Shown piece after piece: positions 19,651 to 28,452 of a stretch of 64,000 bases of DNA; the stretch's first letter is position 1; the number at the start of each line of letters is the position of its first letter. Source of the stretch: an uncultured delta proteobacterium (GTDB taxonomy: Bacteria; Myxococcota_A; Polyangia; Polyangiales; Polyangiaceae); assembly GCA_963716725.1 (NCBI GenBank), contig CAVQUB010000005.1:352001-416000 (forward strand). The letters run 5' to 3'. The notes under the pieces are model-generated. The model saw only the letters and a program-made list of their open reading frames with translations. It searched no databases and was not told where the DNA came from. Position numbers and translations under genes: made by a program.

Positions 19651-20379
19651 ATGTTTAACGTTAGAATCTCGAGACCCATCTGGGCGTTCGTGCTGGTTTC
19701 CGCCGTGGGGTGTTCGGGTGAAGACGCGGCCGGTGGCACCGGCGGTTCAGCTGGCACCGGTGGTTCGGCTGGCACCGGTGGTTCAGCTGGCACCGGTGGT
19801 TCAGCTGGCACCGGTGGTTCGGCTGGCGCCGGTGGTTCAGCTGGCACCGGCGGAGCGGTTGGCACCGGCGGAGCGGTTGGCACCGGCGGAGCGGTTGGCA
19901 CCGGTGGTTCGGCTGGCACCGGTGGTTCGGCTGGCACCGGTGGTTCAGCTGGCGCCGGCCAGTCGGATGGCATCTGCAATACGCAGCCGAACATCGCGCC
20001 CTTCGTGCAGCCCATGAGCGTCGCCGGTACCCCCGACGCCCCGACAGGCGGCACCATCGTAGACGGTACGTACGTCGCCACCTCGGTTTCGAACTACGGG
20101 TTCGGCACAACGGGTCCGCTCGGGAATCCGATACGCCAAACCTGGGTGATCAGTGGGGGCAACACGATCCAGGGCGTGGACCGCTCAGAGAAGTCGGGTG
20201 ATCCAGACCGATCCTACACCCTGTCGTTCACGACCTCCGGAACGGGCTACACCCAGAGCATGAAGTGCCCGAGCGCCAACTCGCTTCCGCTGCTCTCCTT
20301 CACTGCGACGGCGACGGGGTTCACCCTGTTCCAGAGCTCGGGGAGCTACTCGGTGGCGCAGGTGTACACGAAGAAGTAG
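19651..20379 (+). CDS. Lipoprotein with GGSAGT tandem repeat
   Basis: AVGC lipobox, 12 hexapeptide repeats, then a domain containing GGTIVDGTY. Confidence 0.8.
   Translation: MFNVRISRPIWAFVLVSAVGCSGEDAAGGTGGSAGTGGSAGTGGSAGTGGSAGTGGSAGAGGSAGTGGAVGTGGAVGTGGAVGTGGSAGTGGSAGTGGSAGAGQSDGICNTQPNIAPFVQPMSVAGTPDAPTGGTIVDGTYVATSVSNYGFGTTGPLGNPIRQTWVISGGNTIQGVDRSEKSGDPDRSYTLSFTTSGTGYTQSMKCPSANSLPLLSFTATATGFTLFQSSGSYSVAQVYTKK
19741..19956 (+). repeat. 18-bp coding tandem repeat x12
   Basis: Units GGTGGTTC(A/G)GCTGGCACC and GGCGGAGCGGTTGGCACC, encoding GGSAGT/GGAVGT. Confidence 0.95.
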
Positions 20380-20604
20380 CGAAGTCGCTCGCCCGGCTCA
20401 TTCGTCGGCCTCGTCCTCCACCGTCTCCTGCGCCTGGTCCACCCACGAGTGGTCGGTGAAGTCATCGTCGACCTTCGCGGCCTTCTTCCCGGCGTCACCG
20501 CCCGGGTCGACCGCGTCGGTGGCTAGCCAAACCAAACCTGTTGGGCGTGGCCAGGCGAGTGGAGCGCTGGGCAAGAAGTCGACAAATGCAACGTCTTGGG
20601 TCCG

Positions 20605-21705
20605 TCACGGAGGGGATTTGGGACTCCGTGGCGCGCCGAAGTACCGAGCCAGCGCCCGCGCCGCAACGGGATACATCGCCAGTTGCGCGCAGTGATCGCG
20701 CTTGCCACCACCCGCGTAGCCGCGCAAATGGAAGTTTCCGCGATCGAAGAGCTCGATCAGCCGGAGGCCGAGCGCATCTTCGCGCTCGACGGCCAGTGGT
20801 TTTCCGCCGAGCTCCGACGCCAAGAAGTGCATCGTCTCGGTCGTGGACGCGTAGGTGTCCGTGTCGACCGACGAGTGACTCACGAACATGAAGGCTTTGC
20901 CGTCGGCAGCCCGCTCGGCGAAGCGCAAGAAGGGGCCGAGCTGCTTGGGCATCATGGCGGGGTCTCGTGAGCAGTGCAGACCGTCCAGCAAGACGACCGC
21001 ATCGACGCGATCGCGGGACGCCGAGCGCTCGAGGAGCACGCCGATCGCGTCGTAGCCGCCGCTCCACGCGGCGAGCGCAACATGTCGAGCGCGCGCCGGG
21101 CGCCCCGCCGTCTTCGAAGCGACCTGCTCCACTGCGGCGAGCAGTTGGTCCAGGGACTCCGGTCCGCCGAACTCCCCGCGATAGTCCGTCAGCGTCGTGC
21201 CATAGAGCACGAGGGGAACCTCGGCCTCCGCCAGCATGGTCCAGGCTACGTCGTGGCCGTGGAAGATCAGCATGGCGTCGAAGGCGCCGCTCGAGTCGAA
21301 CGCCGAGGGCTCCGGAAACGCCACGTAGCCGCGAGCCGCGATCGACTGCCAAGCACCGAACGCCGATCGCTTTGCCTTGGGCAGCGCGCAAGGGTCGACT
21401 CCCCCGCGTTCCTCTGCCGTGCGCTCGTGGCGGTAGGCTGGATCTGGGCGGGCGGCCACCCAACTCGTGTCGTCCACTGCGCGAGCCGCCGTACCGTGGA
21501 ACGCTGCGTCCCTCGGGCCCAACGCGAACGCAGGTCGCTCCGGAGTCAGTGCATCTTGCACGACGCGTGTCTCCGTCGCGAGCGCGCGCACGCCGCGCCC
21601 GAGCACCAAGGGGATGGGGCGCACGGGACGCTGGAGCCAGGCGACGGCGCCAAGCACGGCACACGCCGCAAGAAGACCGGCGGCAAGAGAGCTGGAGCGA
21701 GCCAT
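20605..21705 (-). CDS. Alpha/beta-hydrolase-like exported protein
   Basis: N-terminal TM, IFHG, nucleophile-elbow-like AAWSGGY, VLLDGLH, late His (RDHC). Confidence 0.65.
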   Translation of the reverse strand: MARSSSLAAGLLAACAVLGAVAWLQRPVRPIPLVLGRGVRALATETRVVQDALTPERPAFALGPRDAAFHGTAARAVDDTSWVAARPDPAYRHERTAEERGGVDPCALPKAKRSAFGAWQSIAARGYVAFPEPSAFDSSGAFDAMLIFHGHDVAWTMLAEAEVPLVLYGTTLTDYRGEFGGPESLDQLLAAVEQVASKTAGRPARARHVALAAWSGGYDAIGVLLERSASRDRVDAVVLLDGLHCSRDPAMMPKQLGPFLRFAERAADGKAFMFVSHSSVDTDTYASTTETMHFLASELGGKPLAVEREDALGLRLIELFDRGNFHLRGYAGGGKRDHCAQLAMYPVAARALARYFGAPRSPKSPP

Positions 21706-22265
21706 GTGCCTGCGCGGACGTTAACACGCGCCGGGCGTGCGCCGAATGCGCGACGTCATCCGATGCGGCTTCACCGCTCGCTCGCCTGGTAGGCGAGGGC
21801 GGCGTGGGATCGCCGTGGGCTGCCACGCACGAGCTGACCCGCAACCAGGGCCGCCGCCACGGTACCGCGCCGGTCGAGCGCGCGCTCCACGTCCTCGATC
21901 AACGCCTCGCTCACGTTGCGATCGTCGTAGAACGCCTGCGCGATCTTGTCCTCGGATCGCTCGGCGTAGAACGCGCCGAACAGCATCTCCCCGAGCCCCG
22001 TGCCCTCGTCGAGGTAGCGCACCCCTCGTGAACGACGCAGCGCCCATTCGCCAACACTCTGGCCAGGACGCGATGAACCCACCTGACGACTACCGTGAGC
22101 ACGCCGCAGTTCTCTGCCCCGACACCGGCCAGTTCAAGTCTTGTTCGGCGCGGATTGCGGAGCGGTAGAATGGCACTTGGCGACTCCTCGCAGACCACCA
22201 CCGCTGGCCCAATACACGTCGCCCGCACTGCACACACATGACCGGAGCCGAGATCCGCAGCGCAC

Positions 22266-22685
22266 ATGAAATGCAAGTCCCCCCTCGCGAAGCAGTGGTT
22301 CGAAATTGAGCGTGTCCTCGCGCCGGCTGTGCGCCGCGAGCAGCACACCGACTCGCGCCCCTCGGTGGATTGGGGTCACATCGATCGCCACGTGCGACTG
22401 GGTGCTCTCGCCATTGGCTGTGCCATGCTCGAGGATGCCGGTCGGAAGGGGGTGGACGAACATGTCGACGTGCTCTTCGAGATCCGGAATGCCCTCATTC
22501 ACAACGCTGGGGACCTTGCGAAGAACAGGAATTCAAGAGCGGTGGACATGGCTCGGACGTATCTTCGAGAGGCCCGCCACAGCTCGCTTTCGACGAACAT
22601 TCCAGCGGCGTTCTTCAGCCTAACCGGCACCGTCGTCACGCTCCAAGCGAACGTGTTCCTCGCACTTCGGATATGCATGCTGTAG
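22266..22685 (+). CDS. Small helical protein with HEPN-like RxxxxH motif
   Basis: LFEIRNALIHNAG. True start may be ATG 22238 (MTGAEIR) with an indel near 22260. Confidence 0.55.
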   Translation: MKCKSPLAKQWFEIERVLAPAVRREQHTDSRPSVDWGHIDRHVRLGALAIGCAMLEDAGRKGVDEHVDVLFEIRNALIHNAGDLAKNRNSRAVDMARTYLREARHSSLSTNIPAAFFSLTGTVVTLQANVFLALRICML

Positions 22686-22708
22686 GCCGCAAGCTCACTA
22701 GGCTCCAC

Positions 22709-23869
22709 ATGGCCATCGACGTCCTCGCCCCGGAATCCGACTTCATCACCGCGTTGACCACAGCATCCGAGTTTCGGAGAGGGCTAGTCCGCGACGGCCA
22801 CGCCGCCGCTTCTCCCGCCGACGCGTTACTGGCGAGCCGCTCGAGTCTCGCGTTGCTGGTAAACACTCTCTTTTGGACGAGCGTTGCCGCCGAGGAGGGG
22901 CGTCCAGTGGTCGGGTCGCTCTGCATTTGCTCACCCGCAGAAGCTCCCCGTTCGCGAGCCTTTGATTCCGCCGTGGCCCTCACATCAAGGAATTTGATCG
23001 CGCTCCTGACGGCATCTCCGGAAGCTCCCCTGGCAGTCCACTTGGAAGGCAAAGACCTGCAGGTCTGGGGCGTTCTCGACTCGAGAACCTTGGGTGGCGT
23101 CAGTCTTCGCATAGGTGGACCTGGGACCATCGTTGCCCTCAAGGATCGAGCAACCGTTGCGCTGCTCCACGAGGGCTGTGTGCACGTTCTCGGAGGGCTC
23201 CCCCACGAGAGCACCGGCCTCGCCCTTCTCTTGATGAATACCCTTGACCCAAAGAACTCGTTTCCGGAGCGGCTGCGACTGGCGAGCAGTCTGACCAAGG
23301 CCGTCGTCGCGATGCACGGTCACCATCATGGGGGAGCCATCGTTATCACTCCCGTGGGAGGCGACGACTGGCGCGAGTCCGTAGACCTGCGCTTCGCCTT
23401 CGCTCCCGCATCGACTCGCGCGCTCGCGGATCCCCCATCGGATCTCGAGCAAGCCAGGTCGGCCGGGAACGCCTGGGTGGCGGATGTCAACGTGGTGGAT
23501 GCCAATCTCGCGATGCTCCACAAGACGCTTCGAGCCGTTGGCCAGCTCACGGCGATCGACGGCGCTGTAGTGTTGACGGAGGATCTCGTCGTGCTCGGCT
23601 TTGGCGCCAAACTCAACTGCCCGGCCGCGAATTTCACGGTGTCTCGGTTCAACGCGACCACTCAAGAACTGCGGCAACACCGCCCCATCTCCGAGGTGGG
23701 TGGAACGAGGCACCAATCCGCGGCGCGCTTCGTTCAAAGGCACCACGAATGCGCCGTGGTGGCCTCATCTCAGGACGGACGATTGACCCTGTTTGCGTGG
23801 GTTCGCGATCCTGGCAACGTTGTTGCGCTCTCCGGACTCGAGCATTTCGTCTGGGGGGAGTTGCTCTAG
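22709..23869 (+). CDS. Diadenylate cyclase (DisA_N/DAC) domain protein with N-terminal putative sensor domain
   Basis: C-terminal HGGAIVI, AIDGAVVL, FGAKL, GGTRHQSA, SSQDG; N-terminal FWTS.AAEEGR motif; no TM or HhH domain. Confidence 0.8.
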   Translation: MAIDVLAPESDFITALTTASEFRRGLVRDGHAAASPADALLASRSSLALLVNTLFWTSVAAEEGRPVVGSLCICSPAEAPRSRAFDSAVALTSRNLIALLTASPEAPLAVHLEGKDLQVWGVLDSRTLGGVSLRIGGPGTIVALKDRATVALLHEGCVHVLGGLPHESTGLALLLMNTLDPKNSFPERLRLASSLTKAVVAMHGHHHGGAIVITPVGGDDWRESVDLRFAFAPASTRALADPPSDLEQARSAGNAWVADVNVVDANLAMLHKTLRAVGQLTAIDGAVVLTEDLVVLGFGAKLNCPAANFTVSRFNATTQELRQHRPISEVGGTRHQSAARFVQRHHECAVVASSQDGRLTLFAWVRDPGNVVALSGLEHFVWGELL

Positions 23870-24443
23870 CCGCCGAACGTGGAGTTTGCCCCACGACGGC
23901 GCTCGATCGCTTCGCTCAGCCCGGAATTCGCGGGACATCACCGGCATCGTAGGTTGCCGAGCATGGCACTGCGATGTGGGGCAACACTCACGATGCTTGT
24001 TGCCGCACTGCCCAGTTGCTGTTCGAGTCCGCCCGACGACGTCGACTCCAACGACGCGGCCGTGATCAGCGACTCCTCGTCGGGCGACGTTGCCGTCGAC
24101 TCGGAGGCGGGCGGCGCAGCGGGCTGTCCCTCCCCCATGCAGTCCCGGCCAGAGACCGCGCGCCGTGCGCCACGGCGCACTTCTTCGAGCACGTTCGCTG
24201 GCGAACACCCACGCGTGGATCGGGCCGGAACCATCGGCGACAGATCGCTCACGGACGTTTGGCGGCCATCCCACAATCGTCGCCCGACCGGGCGCGAAGC
24301 ACCGCCAAACACGTCCGCGCGCTGCGCCGGTGGTCTCATTCTCGCGAGCAGGGGCGGGTCGTTTCTCGCAAGCGTCGAAGCGGTGCGCGTTCGAGGCAAT
24401 CTCCTGCAGTGATCAGACACGCTACATGGCGGGGCCGCCAGCG

Positions 24444-24707
24444 CTACGCTTCGCCCGCAGGAGTCCCTGGTTTTGGGTTGCCCATCTTTGCCTGGACTGC
24501 AACGACTCGGGCGCGCGCATCGGCGTGACTGGGGTCTACCCGCAGCACGAGTTCGAACTCAGCGGCGGCGTCCGCGAACATCCCAATCTCCTGGTAAGCG
24601 ATCCCGAGATCGAAGTGGGTCGCAACGTCGTCGCTCCGCACCTGCTCCTTGATGCCCTGCTTGAACTGCTCGAACACGCTCTTCACGTCTAGCTCGTCGT
24701 TCGCCAC
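24444..24707 (-). CDS. Small TPR protein
   Basis: VFEQFKQGIKEQV..DD..THFDLGIAYQEIGMF.DA..EF; GTG start at 24707 inferred. Confidence 0.65.
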   Translation of the reverse strand: MANDELDVKSVFEQFKQGIKEQVRSDDVATHFDLGIAYQEIGMFADAAAEFELVLRVDPSHADARARVVAVQAKMGNPKPGTPAGEA

Positions 24708-24809
24708 AACCCGTAGTGTCGCACCAGCCCTTCGACTCGACCAGCGACCGCTCCGCTGTTCGACTTGCCGTTCCACCCGTCGAGCGCCGGTCTTCCCCCT
24801 CTCACCCGT

Positions 24810-24833
24810 CCTCCCCCTTCGACAACGCAAACG
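24810..24833. repeat. 24-bp direct repeat, copy 1 (displaced phoU 3' end)
   Basis: CCTCCCCCTTCGACAACGCAAACG, identical to 26893-26916. Confidence 0.9.
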
Positions 24834-24850
24834 TGTGCCGCACCCGTGTT

Positions 24851-24925
24851 GCCCCCCCTCGCCGCCGCTGCGCGGCGTCGGTCCCCCCCAAATTCGCGCT
24901 GTCGCGCGAAAGGGGGGACGCGTTG
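24851..24925. repeat. REP-like GC-rich palindromic element
   Basis: CCCCCCCTC-GCCGC..GCGGC stem, then GTCCCCCC..TTCGCGC-TGTC-GCGCGAA..GGGGGGAC hairpin. Confidence 0.6.
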
Positions 24926-25165
24926 CGCCGAGTTCGTTGGCGGCGTCGTCGAGCGCGTGCGTGCGTGCCCTGTGTTGCTCGCCCCGGCGCGCTGTGCGGG
25001 CCCCGCTCGTTGGCGCACGCTCTGCGCCACGCCGCCCGGTGACGTGAAGCGGAGTGCCGCGCGGGACCGCGAGTGCGCGCAGCAACGTGCCGCAGGCGGC
25101 GCGTCACAGATCGTGCGCCTGGGGTCGCGAAGCCCGCCCATCACGCCGGGTCTTCGGAGGAACCC

Positions 25166-25531
25166 ATGCTCGCTCGTCAACGCACGCAGCTCCGTCGTCA
25201 GCAACTTCTCGCCCAGCGCGCCGCTGAGATGCGTGCGCAGCCCACCCGGTCGGAGGCCGCGCTCTGGGGAGCGCTACGCGCGCGCCGGTGTGGCGTAGAG
25301 GTGCGTCGGCAGGTGGTGCTCGGCGATGCGATCGCGGACTTCGTCGTGCCGTCGGCTCGCTTGGTCATCGAGGTCGATGGGGCGTCCCATCGCACGCGGG
25401 GTGGGGCGGATGCCGCGCGGGACCGCAAGCTCGCGAGGCTCGGCTACCGCGTGCTCCGGCTCGACGCCGAGCTCGTCGAGCGCGCGTTGCCAGAGGCGCT
25501 GGCGTGGGTGCGGGAGGCGCTGGGCGTCTGA
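25166..25531 (+). CDS. DUF559 / Vsr-like PD-(D/E)xK endonuclease
   Basis: GGAGG RBS; MR..PT.SEA.LW..LR, RRQ, IADF, LVIEVDG.SH, D..RD..L...GYRVLR. Confidence 0.9.
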   Translation: MLARQRTQLRRQQLLAQRAAEMRAQPTRSEAALWGALRARRCGVEVRRQVVLGDAIADFVVPSARLVIEVDGASHRTRGGADAARDRKLARLGYRVLRLDAELVERALPEALAWVREALGV

Positions 25532-25637
25532 GCTAGCGCCCGCGGCCGTGTCTGCCGCTGCTCGCCGTCTGCTATTATCGCTATCGCCATCGGCGTTCGA
25601 GGGAGAACGCCAGCCAGGCGGACCATCTGGAGTTGAC

Positions 25638-26426
25638 ATGTTGGTGTTCGAAATCGTGACCCCGGGAACTCGGTTGGATTACGCCGACCGCGCTTGGTCG
25701 TGGAACGTCCAGAATCAACTTCAACTGCTCGAATCACAGTTTTTTGAAGCGAACGCCGCGCTCAATCTGTTCATCGACACGCAGGCCATCCGTCCATCGT
25801 TTGCGCGACAAGACACATGGGAGCGTGACTCGCAACGCCGCGCAGAACTCCAACGTCAGGTCGAAGCGGAACGCGGCGGACTGGGCTCCCACGAACACCG
25901 GGACGAGATGCGTTTTGAGGTCGAACTGCGACTCAAACGCGACAAGTGGGCGAATGGTGGCCTGCCTCGCGAGTTCGAACATAATTTGCCGTTTATCTAC
26001 GCGCGCGCCTTTCTATATGCGCTCGATGTATTCGACAAGGTTCTCGGCGTGCTCGCACAACAATCTGGCGTGCCCACGGACCTCGCAGAGTTTCATGAGC
26101 AGGTCGCGCTAGATTTCCCCAACCTTCGGGGTGTACGCAACACCATGCAACACCTTGAGGATCGCGCTCGTGGGCTGGGCGCAGGCAGGCCCCCGCAGCC
26201 CCTCGATCTAAAGCCGATCGCGAGCAAAGTTATTAGTGCGCCGAGCGGAGGAGCGCTCGTCCTGAACTGCCTGAACGGCACGAAGTATTCTTGCACGATG
26301 TCGGACGGCCACCTTGGCGAGGTTGACGTGTCGCCGGAATCCATGCGGCGTCTCCAATCGATTCTGGAGGGTGTCCTAAAAGCGTTCAAGTGGCGTGGTC
26401 CCAAGCAACACGCACCGGGTACTTGA
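25638..26426 (+). CDS. Cassette-like hypothetical protein with HEPN-like RxxxxH motif
   Basis: FPNLRGVRNTMQHLEDR; visibly more AT-rich codon use; followed by an attC site. Confidence 0.65.
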   Translation: MLVFEIVTPGTRLDYADRAWSWNVQNQLQLLESQFFEANAALNLFIDTQAIRPSFARQDTWERDSQRRAELQRQVEAERGGLGSHEHRDEMRFEVELRLKRDKWANGGLPREFEHNLPFIYARAFLYALDVFDKVLGVLAQQSGVPTDLAEFHEQVALDFPNLRGVRNTMQHLEDRARGLGAGRPPQPLDLKPIASKVISAPSGGALVLNCLNGTKYSCTMSDGHLGEVDVSPESMRRLQSILEGVLKAFKWRGPKQHAPGT

Positions 26427-26465
26427 ACCGAGGACGGCCACGCCGCACCTGCAATGCCGCAAGCC

Positions 26466-26647
26466 GCCTAACATTGATTGCAGGAGTCGGGCGCGTGCCA
26501 GGTGTTCTGTTGATGCCTTCCGCCTGGCGCGCGGGGTTCTGCATCGAGCATCGTACGATGCGTTCGACGCAGCCCGGGCGCCCGCTGCGTGACAGCATCT
26601 AGAAAGGTTGTGCCTGGCGCCCGCTGCTGAACGCCAGGTCGTTGGGC
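26466..26647 (+). mobile_element. Integron attC-like recombination site
   Basis: R'' GCCTAAC and R' GTTGGGC. L arms TT[G]CAGGAG[T]CGGGCGC and GCGCCCGCTGCTGAA pair with two bulged bases. Confidence 0.8.
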
Positions 26648-26657
26648 GGACGACCAG

Positions 26658-26887
26658 ATGCTCTCTGCACGCGAGGCCGACCTCCTGCCCCCTAGTCATT
26701 GCATGAACCTCGGCCTTTGCCTCCTTACCGACGCCCAATCGCGCCTCAAGGAGAATCCCCCGGACAGAGTCACGGAGCTTGTTCACGCCGTGTTCGTCGC
26801 GGGGGGATTGGAATCATCAACCGCAGAGCGTCACCTTCACAGAAAGGTCACCGCCGTGGTCACCGCCGCATTTCGCGTCGGCGCTCC
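26658..26887 (+). pseudogene. Degraded or truncated cassette ORF
   Basis: ATG 10 nt after R'; MLSAREADLL..AVFVAGGLE..; runs without a stop into the phoU repeat. Confidence 0.45.
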
Positions 26888-27583
26888 TCACCCCTCCCCC
26901 TTCGACAACGCAAACGCGTGTCTCACATCCTTGCCTCTCACCAGGAACACCACCATTTCGGCGATGTTGGTGGCGTGGTCGGCCACTCGCTCGAGGTACT
27001 TGGCGATGGATTGCAGACGGGTGGCGCGGAAGACGCTGCCGGAGTCCTTCATCATCAGCTGGAGCAGCTCGGGGAAGAGCTGCGCGTAGTAGGCGTCGAC
27101 TTGGCCGTCGCGCTCGATCACCTCTTCGGCTTGCACGGTGTTGCCGGCGACGTAGGCGTCGAGGGCGTCGTGCAGCATGGCGAGGGCCGCTTCGGCGATC
27201 CGCGTGACGCTCTGGGTCGCGGGCAGCGGGGGCTCGGCAGAGAGCTCGACCACACGCTCGCAGATGTTGACGCCGAGATCGCCGATGCGCTCGAGATCGG
27301 TCACGAGCTTCATGGTGGTGGTGATGAAGCGCAGATCGCTGGCGACCGGCTGGCGTCGGGCCAGGATGCGGAGGCACAGCTGGTCGATGTCGAGCTCGAG
27401 CTGATCGATCTGTCGATCGATGCCGATGGTCGCGTTGGCGGCGGCGGCGTCGCGGTCGACGAAGGCGCGCATCGCCTGGGAGAGCAGCGCTTCGGTGCGA
27501 GCGCCCATCAGCAGCAGGCGCTCCTTCAACTTCTCGAGCTCGGCCTCGTACTCGCGATCGGTGTGTTTCTGTAGCGTGCTCAT
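26888..27583 (-). CDS. phoU: Phosphate signalling protein PhoU
   Basis: [29 protein letters not shown]. Confidence 0.96.
   Translation of the reverse strand: MSTLQKHTDREYEAELEKLKERLLLMGARTEALLSQAMRAFVDRDAAAANATIGIDRQIDQLELDIDQLCLRILARRQPVASDLRFITTTMKLVTDLERIGDLGVNICERVVELSAEPPLPATQSVTRIAEAALAMLHDALDAYVAGNTVQAEEVIERDGQVDAYYAQLFPELLQLMMKDSGSVFRATRLQSIAKYLERVADHATNIAEMVVFLVRGKDVRHAFALSKGEG
26893..26916. repeat. 24-bp direct repeat, copy 2 (within phoU 3' end)
   Basis: Identical to 24810-24833. Confidence 0.9.
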
Positions 27584-28452
27584 CCAAACCGCCCCGTGAT
27601 GTAGTCCTCGGTCTTCTTCTCGCTCGGCCCCGTGAAAATCACGTCCGTGCGGTCGTATTCCACCAGCTCACCCAAGTAGAAGAACGCCGTGAAGTCGGCG
27701 ACGCGGGCCGCCTGCTGCATGTTGTGGGTGACGATCACGATCGTGTAGCGCTCGCGCAGCTCGTGGATCAGCTCTTCGACCCGCGCCGTAGCGATGGGAT
27801 CGAGGGCCGAGCAGGGCTCGTCCATCAGCAGGACCTCGGGCTCGAGGGCCAGGGAGCGAGCGATGCACAGGCGCTGCTGCTGGCCGCCGCTCAGGCTGGT
27901 GCCGGCGCGGCCGAGCACGTCCTTCACCTCGTCCCAGAGCGCGACTTGCCGCAGCGTGCGCTCCACCAGCTCGTTCGGATCCTTGGGGCGGATGCCGTTG
28001 AGCTTCAAACCGGCCAGCACGTTCTCCCGGATGGTCATGGTCGGGAAGGGGTTGGGCTTCTGGAACACCATGCCCACCCGACGCCGCACCCGGACCGGGT
28101 CGACGTCTTTTGCGTAGATGTCCTGGTGATCGAGCCAGACCCTGCCGGTGACCCGGGCGCCGCCCACGACCTCGTGCATTCGGTTCAGGCAGCGGATGAA
28201 GGTCGACTTGCCGCAGCCCGATGGCCCGATGATGGCGGTGACCGTCTTGGCTTCGACCGGCAAGGTCACGCCCTTCAGGACCTCGGTTGTACCGAAGTAC
28301 GCCTTCAGCGCCTCTGCACGCAGCTTTGGTAGATTGGAGCTCGGTGGTGTGCTGGGCCGGGCGCGGGACGTCGCGGAGGCGCTCGGGACGGAGTCGCGCC
28401 TCGAGTGGGCGGGGCGAACCAAGGGGATCGAGGTGGGCAGAAGCTGAGTCAT
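27580..28452 (-). CDS. pstB: Phosphate ABC transporter ATPase
   Basis: [49 protein letters not shown]. Confidence 0.97.
   Translation of the reverse strand: MTQLLPTSIPLVRPAHSRRDSVPSASATSRARPSTPPSSNLPKLRAEALKAYFGTTEVLKGVTLPVEAKTVTAIIGPSGCGKSTFIRCLNRMHEVVGGARVTGRVWLDHQDIYAKDVDPVRVRRRVGMVFQKPNPFPTMTIRENVLAGLKLNGIRPKDPNELVERTLRQVALWDEVKDVLGRAGTSLSGGQQQRLCIARSLALEPEVLLMDEPCSALDPIATARVEELIHELRERYTIVIVTHNMQQAARVADFTAFFYLGELVEYDRTDVIFTGPSEKKTEDYITGRFG

Noticed and set aside
19741..19956. Tandem repeats as a CRISPR array
   Set aside because: The units are contiguous with no unique spacers, lie in frame within a CDS, and no cas genes are present.
21771..22082. 103-aa minus-strand ORF
   Set aside because: The middle portion is plausible, but there are no motifs and the ends are uncertain.
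23960..24420. Possible lipoprotein gene (..LPSCCSSPPDD..DAAV..)
   Set aside because: The plausible N-terminus loses coherence after ~24135 and no frame can be supported; it may be a remnant.
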